Assembly (NCBI GenBank): GCA_034435395.1
Contig: DAOTXK010000268.1
Span: 2,200 to 66,199 of the forward strand
From: Anaerolineae bacterium
GTDB taxonomy: Bacteria > Chloroflexota > Anaerolineae > Aggregatilineales > Ch27
Reading direction: 5' to 3'
DNA: 64,000 nt
Part shown: in pieces, positions 58,883 to 64,000 of the stretch
How positions within the stretch are numbered: the stretch's first letter is position 1
Layout of the letters: the number at the start of each line of letters is the position of its first letter
Notes under the pieces: generated by a model
Database searches by the model: none
Seen by the model: only the letters and a program-made list of their open reading frames with translations
Told to the model about the DNA's origin: nothing
Translations under genes and position numbers: made by a program

Positions 58883-60352
58883 CTAAGCGCCCAACAGCCA
58901 GGAGCGGCGTTCAATCATATTGCCGGTAAAGCGCAAAAGCAGCACCAGGAACGTCCGCGTCACGATGATGGCCGTGAACAGGTTCAGCAGCAGGCCCAGC
59001 GCCAGGGTGATGGCAAACCCGCGCACCGATCCGGCCCCGAACGTCGAGCCGAACAGGTATAGGATGACACAGATGATGATCGTGGACAGATTCGAGTCGC
59101 GGATGGAGGTCCAGGCGCGATCAAAGCCGGCACGCACCGCCATATCCAGCTCACGGCCTTTGCGCAGCTCCTCTTTCATCCGCTCGAAGATCAGGATGTT
59201 GCCGTCTACGGCGGTCCCGATGGAGATCAGAAAACCGGTGATGGCCGGCAGTGTCAGGGTGACCGGGATGAACTTAAACAGCGCGAAGTTCATCAGGGTA
59301 AAAATCACCAGCGCCAGATCGGCGGCGACGCCAGGGACACGGTAATACAGCAACATGAACGTCAGCACCGTGATCACGCCGATCACCCCGGCGCGGATGC
59401 TCCGATTAATCGAAATCTCCCCCAGGGTGGGGCCGACGCTTTCGGTGCTCTCCACCCGGAGCGGCACCGGCAGCGCGCCGTAACGGAGCTGCACGGCCAG
59501 CGACTGCGCCTCGTCCTGGGTGAAATCGCCCGTGATCGAACCGCTGTCCGTCAGTGCCGCCCGGATGGTCGGCGCCGACAGCACCACGCCGTCGAGCACG
59601 ATGGCCAGCGGACGGCCAATATGGGTGGACGTGAACGGGCCGAACTTTTCCGCCCCCGCGCTGTTTAACGTGAAGTTGACTACCCAACCGGTGCCAGCCG
59701 GGTTAAGCTGAGCGACCGCTGTCTCCAGACCCGCTCCCGTCATCACCGTCTCAAACGGCTGGCCGGTGCGCGGGTTCACCAGCGGGGCATTCTCTTCGGG
59801 AAGCGCCGGCCCGCCCTGGTCAGTCGGAGTCGGCTCCGCTGTCGCCGCTGGCGTGCCCTGGGGCGCTGCCGCCGCCGCGCGGGCCGCCTGCTGCTCAAGC
59901 TGAGCAGTGGTCAGTATGCGCTGCCCTTCCCAGGACAGGACATCGCTGATGCTGGAGAAGTCCACAAATTCCAGCAGGCCCGTTTCGCGGATGGTGGCGA
60001 TAGCCACGTCAGGATCGGAGATCCCCGGCAGCTCCACGACAATGCGGTTCGCCCCTTCCTGCAACTGGACCACCGGCTCCACCACCCCCAGGGCGTTGAC
60101 CCGGTTCTCCACAATCCGTCTGGCGGTGTCCATGTCCCCCGGTCCCACCTGATCGGCGGGTAGGTCCGCCGCCAACAGCACGCGCAGCCCGCCCCGCAAA
60201 TCCAACCCGGGCCTAATCTCAATGGTCCGGCTGATGTCTTCCTTGCCATCACGGTTGATGTCCAGGTGGATGCCGGGGTTAGGCAGGCTCATCCAGACCG
60301 AAACCAGGGTGATCGCGGCAATCACGATCAGCCAGCGCAAGTGACTGCTCAT
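58883..60352 (-). CDS. secD: protein translocase subunit SecD
   Basis: LGLDLRGG motif and C-terminal SecD/F TM bundle (..LTLPAITGFLISIGTAVDGNILIFER..). Confidence 0.95.
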   Translation of the reverse strand: MSSHLRWLIVIAAITLVSVWMSLPNPGIHLDINRDGKEDISRTIEIRPGLDLRGGLRVLLAADLPADQVGPGDMDTARRIVENRVNALGVVEPVVQLQEGANRIVVELPGISDPDVAIATIRETGLLEFVDFSSISDVLSWEGQRILTTAQLEQQAARAAAAAPQGTPAATAEPTPTDQGGPALPEENAPLVNPRTGQPFETVMTGAGLETAVAQLNPAGTGWVVNFTLNSAGAEKFGPFTSTHIGRPLAIVLDGVVLSAPTIRAALTDSGSITGDFTQDEAQSLAVQLRYGALPVPLRVESTESVGPTLGEISINRSIRAGVIGVITVLTFMLLYYRVPGVAADLALVIFTLMNFALFKFIPVTLTLPAITGFLISIGTAVDGNILIFERMKEELRKGRELDMAVRAGFDRAWTSIRDSNLSTIIICVILYLFGSTFGAGSVRGFAITLALGLLLNLFTAIIVTRTFLVLLLRFTGNMIERRSWLLGA

Positions 60353-60484
60353 CACGTATCCCTTCAATACGCGCGCAACCAGGTTGCCCGCCAGAACATT
60401 CCCGCGAATTGCCGCATGAAAAACGGCCCCCTCCGGAGCCGGCGACCCGGCAAATCATAACGCGGCGGCATGGCCGTGTCAACG

Positions 60485-60856
60485 TCAGCCTTCGGCGCTT
60501 TCCGCCTGGCCGCCGGTGAGACCGGTCTGTGCGCTCTTCGCCAGTTCTTCCGGGTTAAATGGTTGCATGATCGCCGCCGTGATGATGAGCACTTCCAGAT
60601 TGTCTGCCAGCCGGACCTTCGCCAGGCCGGAATCGGGGTTCAACTCGCTGATCGTGCCGACCAATCCGCCGTAAGTCACGATCCGATCCCCCACCTGCAA
60701 CTGGCGAATATACCGTTGGTGAGACTGGAAGGAGCGCTGCTTGGGAAACACCACCAGCGCCCAGTACGCGGCCAGAATCAACAGCAGGATTGTGATACCA
60801 CCCAGATACTCCATCGCCAACCGCCATTCTCGCTTACCGAATCGAAACAGGGCCAT
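60485..60856 (-). CDS. yajC: preprotein translocase subunit YajC
   Basis: Single TM then ..LQVGDRIVTYGGLVGTI.. YajC core. ATG 60856 is preceded by GAAGGA. Confidence 0.8.
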   Translation of the reverse strand: MALFRFGKREWRLAMEYLGGITILLLILAAYWALVVFPKQRSFQSHQRYIRQLQVGDRIVTYGGLVGTISELNPDSGLAKVRLADNLEVLIITAAIMQPFNPEELAKSAQTGLTGGQAESAEG

Positions 60857-60962
60857 TATATCCTTCAGAGGCGACCTTCCAAAATCGCCGTTGCAGGAGC
60901 ACACGGCTTCGTGTTACGATCCGACCCGCCTGTCTTCACGAAAATAAGAGGAAAGCCACGCG

Positions 60963-61700
60963 ATGCGTGTTGTGATCAACCAGCGACTGGTCCAGCGCAA
61001 CCGGAAAATCGCGCAGTACGCGTTTTTCGCCACCCTGGCGCTGCTCATTCTGGGCCTTTTTGTCACCAATGCCGCCCCTGCCAATCCCGCCCTGCTGCTG
61101 GCCCCCTTGCTGGTGCTGCCAATTGCCATCATCGCTACCATGTACTCGGTCCGCATGGCCAACAACTGGCTCCGTCAGCCCCGTCCGGAAGAGGCGATGG
61201 AGCAGGGCCTGAAGGGCCTAGGCAGCCGCAGCGTTATCTACCACTATTGGATGCCCGCCAAGCATGTGCTGATCGCCCCCCAGGGGGTATTTACCTTCAC
61301 GACGCGCCCCCAGGAAGGGCGGTTCCGCGTCGAGGGCGATCGGTTCAAGAGAGCCGGCGGTTTTTTCGGCAAGCTCCTGATCTACTTCCGGCAGGATGTC
61401 TTAGGTGACCCCCACCACGAAGCCCTGAAAGAAGCCGCCAAAATGCAGGCCCTGATCGACCAGGTTGCGCCGGATTCGGGGGTCACGGTGCAGCCAGCCA
61501 TCGTCTTCACCAGCCCGGCGGCGGCGGTCGAGGTGGTGGATACATCGATCCCGGTGGTCCACGCCGAGAACAAAAAACGGCCCAGCCTCAAGTCATTCCT
61601 GCGGGAGGCCAAAAAACAGGGAGAGACGGTCACCCTGAGTGAAGAGCAAATCAAAGCCCTGGAACGCGCCGCTAAAATCCCGCCCCAGGATGCCGAATGA
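60963..61700 (+). CDS. NERD-domain membrane protein
   Basis: Two N-terminal TM helices. KHVLIAPQGVFTFTTR resembles the NERD core (DhvligpgGvfviEtK). Confidence 0.55.
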   Translation: MRVVINQRLVQRNRKIAQYAFFATLALLILGLFVTNAAPANPALLLAPLLVLPIAIIATMYSVRMANNWLRQPRPEEAMEQGLKGLGSRSVIYHYWMPAKHVLIAPQGVFTFTTRPQEGRFRVEGDRFKRAGGFFGKLLIYFRQDVLGDPHHEALKEAAKMQALIDQVAPDSGVTVQPAIVFTSPAAAVEVVDTSIPVVHAENKKRPSLKSFLREAKKQGETVTLSEEQIKALERAAKIPPQDAE

Positions 61701-63586
61701 CGACCCGGCGGTCAGATCGCGCTCTGTCCTTGCTGGTTCTTCTGATCTTGCTGGCGTTGGCCCTGCGGTTATACCGGCTGGCGGACAGTCCGGTGCGCGG
61801 CGACGAAGCCTTCACCATCCAGTACTGGCCCGCTTCATGGTCGGACGCGCTGGACCTGGTGGGCATCGATCCTCATCCCTGGCTGGCCTATGCGCTGTTT
61901 GCTCACTGGCAAACCATCTTCGGCGATGGCGAGTGGGTCATGCGCCTGCTGCCCACCCTCCTCAGCCTGCCGGGCGTCGCCGCCACCTATGCCCTTGCCC
62001 GACGGCTACGGGTTGAACAACGCGCCGCCCTGCTGGCCACCCTGCTGGTCGCGGTTCACCCCTTTCTGATCTGGCATGCCCAGGACGTGCGCGACTATGC
62101 CATCTGGGCTTCCTTCAGCGCCATCGCCAGTTGGGCGTTTCTGCTGGCTATCACGGCTGGCGGGTGGCGCAACTGGCTGCTTTACGCGATCACAACCCTC
62201 CTCAGCGCTTACATTTTTTTTCTACACCCATTCGTGATCGCCGCTCAGGGGCTGTATGTGATCGTGGCCAAGCGCCGTCGGCTGCGCGCCTGGCTCCTGT
62301 CAATAGTCGGCGTCGCCGTGGCGATGATCCCCTGGAGCATCATGCTGGCGACGGCGGCGGGCAGCAGATACGGGGGCACCGCCGATCGCTTTGACCTCTC
62401 ACTGCTGATCACCTGGTTCCTGCCGACGCTGACCATCGGCAGCACCCTCCCCCAGACAGCGCTGGATGTGATCGGCATCGGACTGTTGGTGGGGGGGATC
62501 ATCGCGCTGGTAGCACTGTGGCGCTGGCGGCGGGATGCAACGTTGTTTCTCGGCATCCAGGTGGCCGTGCCAACTCTGTGCCTTAGCGTGGTTGCCCTGC
62601 GGATGAATGTGTTTCGTCCCCGGTATCTGGTGGCTGTTGTGCCCTATGTGGTCTTGTTTGTGGCAGCTGTTGTCGTTTACCTGACTACACGAAAATACCG
62701 TTGGGTCAGGTTTGGCGCGTTGGGTTTGCTGGCGGTTGTGCTGGCCGCCGATGGCTGGGCGCTGATCAATCACTACCTGGACCCGGCTTACCGCAAAGCG
62801 CCGAACTGGCGTGATCTGGGCGCATACCTGACCGCCCATACGCAGCCCGGCGACCTGGTCGTCCAGCAGGCGCTGGACCCCGGCTTCACCTACTACTTCC
62901 GCGGCCCCGCCGATGAGACCACTCTCCCACTCAGCCCCAATGCGCCCGCCGAGGAGACTATCGCCATCCTGGAGCAGGCCATAACCGACCGGCGTGCTGT
63001 ATGGCTGATCCCTGGCGCGCCCGCCGGCTACGATGATGCGCGCGTACCGCTCACCTGGCTGACCAGCGAAGCTCAGCTGACGCTGGCCATCGATGTCGCC
63101 GGATTTCGTGTGCTGGAATTTCGCCGGTGGGAGGTGCGACCGGCTGAATACACGCCCCGCACGAGGGAGGCGTTCGATGATGCCGCCGCCCTGCTGGACT
63201 GGCACCTGGACCGCCCGACGGCGGCCACCCTCCGCCTGATCGCCTACTGGCGACCACTCACTCCGACGGAAGAACCGCTCAGCGGCTTTCTCCACCTGGT
63301 CGGACCGCCCCGCCCCGACAATGGGCTGCCTCTGTGGGCGCAGGACGATCACCGCGTGCCGGGCGGCCTGGTTGATACGACTACCTGGGATCCCGATACC
63401 GTCTACCGCGATGTGTACCTGCTGACCCTGCCCCATAACGTGCCGGGCGGGACCTGGTCGTTACATATTGGGCTGTACCATCCGACCACCATGGAGCGGC
63501 TCATCATCGGCGACGCTGACCATCTGGAGATTGCCCTGGAGGATTTTCCGGGCCAGCCATCAAATTCGCCGAAAACAGGCCAATAG
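61697..63586 (+). CDS. GT39/GT83-like (ArnT/PMT-type) polyprenyl-phosphate-sugar dependent glycosyltransferase
   Basis: LRLYRLADSPVRGDEAFT N-terminal loop motif, about 11 TM helices, large C-terminal soluble domain. ATGA overlap with the NERD gene. Confidence 0.75.
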   Translation: MTTRRSDRALSLLVLLILLALALRLYRLADSPVRGDEAFTIQYWPASWSDALDLVGIDPHPWLAYALFAHWQTIFGDGEWVMRLLPTLLSLPGVAATYALARRLRVEQRAALLATLLVAVHPFLIWHAQDVRDYAIWASFSAIASWAFLLAITAGGWRNWLLYAITTLLSAYIFFLHPFVIAAQGLYVIVAKRRRLRAWLLSIVGVAVAMIPWSIMLATAAGSRYGGTADRFDLSLLITWFLPTLTIGSTLPQTALDVIGIGLLVGGIIALVALWRWRRDATLFLGIQVAVPTLCLSVVALRMNVFRPRYLVAVVPYVVLFVAAVVVYLTTRKYRWVRFGALGLLAVVLAADGWALINHYLDPAYRKAPNWRDLGAYLTAHTQPGDLVVQQALDPGFTYYFRGPADETTLPLSPNAPAEETIAILEQAITDRRAVWLIPGAPAGYDDARVPLTWLTSEAQLTLAIDVAGFRVLEFRRWEVRPAEYTPRTREAFDDAAALLDWHLDRPTAATLRLIAYWRPLTPTEEPLSGFLHLVGPPRPDNGLPLWAQDDHRVPGGLVDTTTWDPDTVYRDVYLLTLPHNVPGGTWSLHIGLYHPTTMERLIIGDADHLEIALEDFPGQPSNSPKTGQ

Positions 63587-63639
63587 AAAAGGAGCCTGGC
63601 ACCGACAAGGCTCCCCTTCTGCACCTGAATTCGCGGTGG

Positions 63640-64000
63640 CTATCCGCCGGTCAGTTTCTTCAGCCGCTCTTCCCACTTGGCCACCATACGGTTATAGACC
63701 GCCTCCGTGATCTCGCCTCTGGCAAAGCGCAGGTCCAGGTTATCCAGCATGGCCTGGATTTCTTCCGGCGTGCTGGGCAAGGCCGGGGCTGACTCCGCGG
63801 CTGGCTGCTGTTGCGCCTCCTGATTCTGCTGCATCATCTGCATCATCATCTGCTGCATCATCATCTGCTGCTGTTGCATCTGCTGCTGCAAGGCGGCCTG
63901 TTCCGGATTCAGGGTCGCGCCAATGCTCTGCCCCACCCCAAAGCCCACACCAGCGCTCGCCAGGCTGCCGCCCGCCCCCGGATTCTGCGCCGCCGACTGC
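63640..64000 (-). CDS. SHOCT-domain protein with Gln/Met-rich low-complexity region, 5' end outside window
   Basis: C-terminal LDNLDLRFARGEITEAVYNRMVAKWEERL (SHOCT-like). QQQMQQQQMMMQQMMMQMMQQNQEAQQQ tract. The frame stays open to base 64000. Confidence 0.55.
   Translation of the reverse strand, partial: QSAAQNPGAGGSLASAGVGFGVGQSIGATLNPEQAALQQQMQQQQMMMQQMMMQMMQQNQEAQQQPAAESAPALPSTPEEIQAMLDNLDLRFARGEITEAVYNRMVAKWEERLKKLTGG

Overview
GC-rich bacterial chromosomal segment. Gene content and protein style resemble Chloroflexota-type genomes, but that is inference only. I count about 58 protein-coding genes and one tRNA-Thr(CGT). I saw no rRNA, CRISPR array, transposase, integrase or prophage signature. 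Bases 1-24526 form an amino-acid biosynthesis supercluster: hisZ-hisG (+) converges on pheA-asd-sqdB-hisD-kinase-HAD (-), followed by argG-argH and ilvD-ilvB-ilvN-ilvC-leuA-leuC-leuD-cimA-leuB (+). Next come an FHA / Clp_N-kinase gene pair (-), a Val T-box with valS, three small HEAT-repeat genes, tRNA-Thr, udk, a stand-alone DHp-like protein, a GAF/PAS histidine kinase, mutL, two tandem LysM paralogs, sanA-like, a GNAT(CelD-like)+GT4 pair and purH. The rest holds an orphan sugar-type ABC ATPase, a peptide-type ABC operon without ATPases, a SAM-I riboswitch with a metB-like gene, thrC, thrB, a REC-CpaE-like / Sir2 / GAF-kinase trio, a Zn-ADH, yajC-secD-secF, a NERD protein coupled to a GT39 glycosyltransferase, and a partial SHOCT protein. 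The most interesting content is cis-regulatory and absent from the ORF track. (i) An Arg-codon-rich leader ORF with terminator/antiterminator lies before argGH. (ii) An Ile/Leu/Val-rich leader ORF with the same architecture lies before ilvD, followed by a second terminator-like hairpin abutting the ilvD RBS. (iii) There is a Val T-box and (iv) a SAM-I riboswitch. The best candidates for undescribed protein systems are the FHA + Clp_N::kinase-like operon (24593-26974) and the kinase-like + giant-cap HAD pair coupled to hisD by ATGA/GTGA overlaps (1997-4332). All functional calls rest on motif recognition by eye; no database search was possible.
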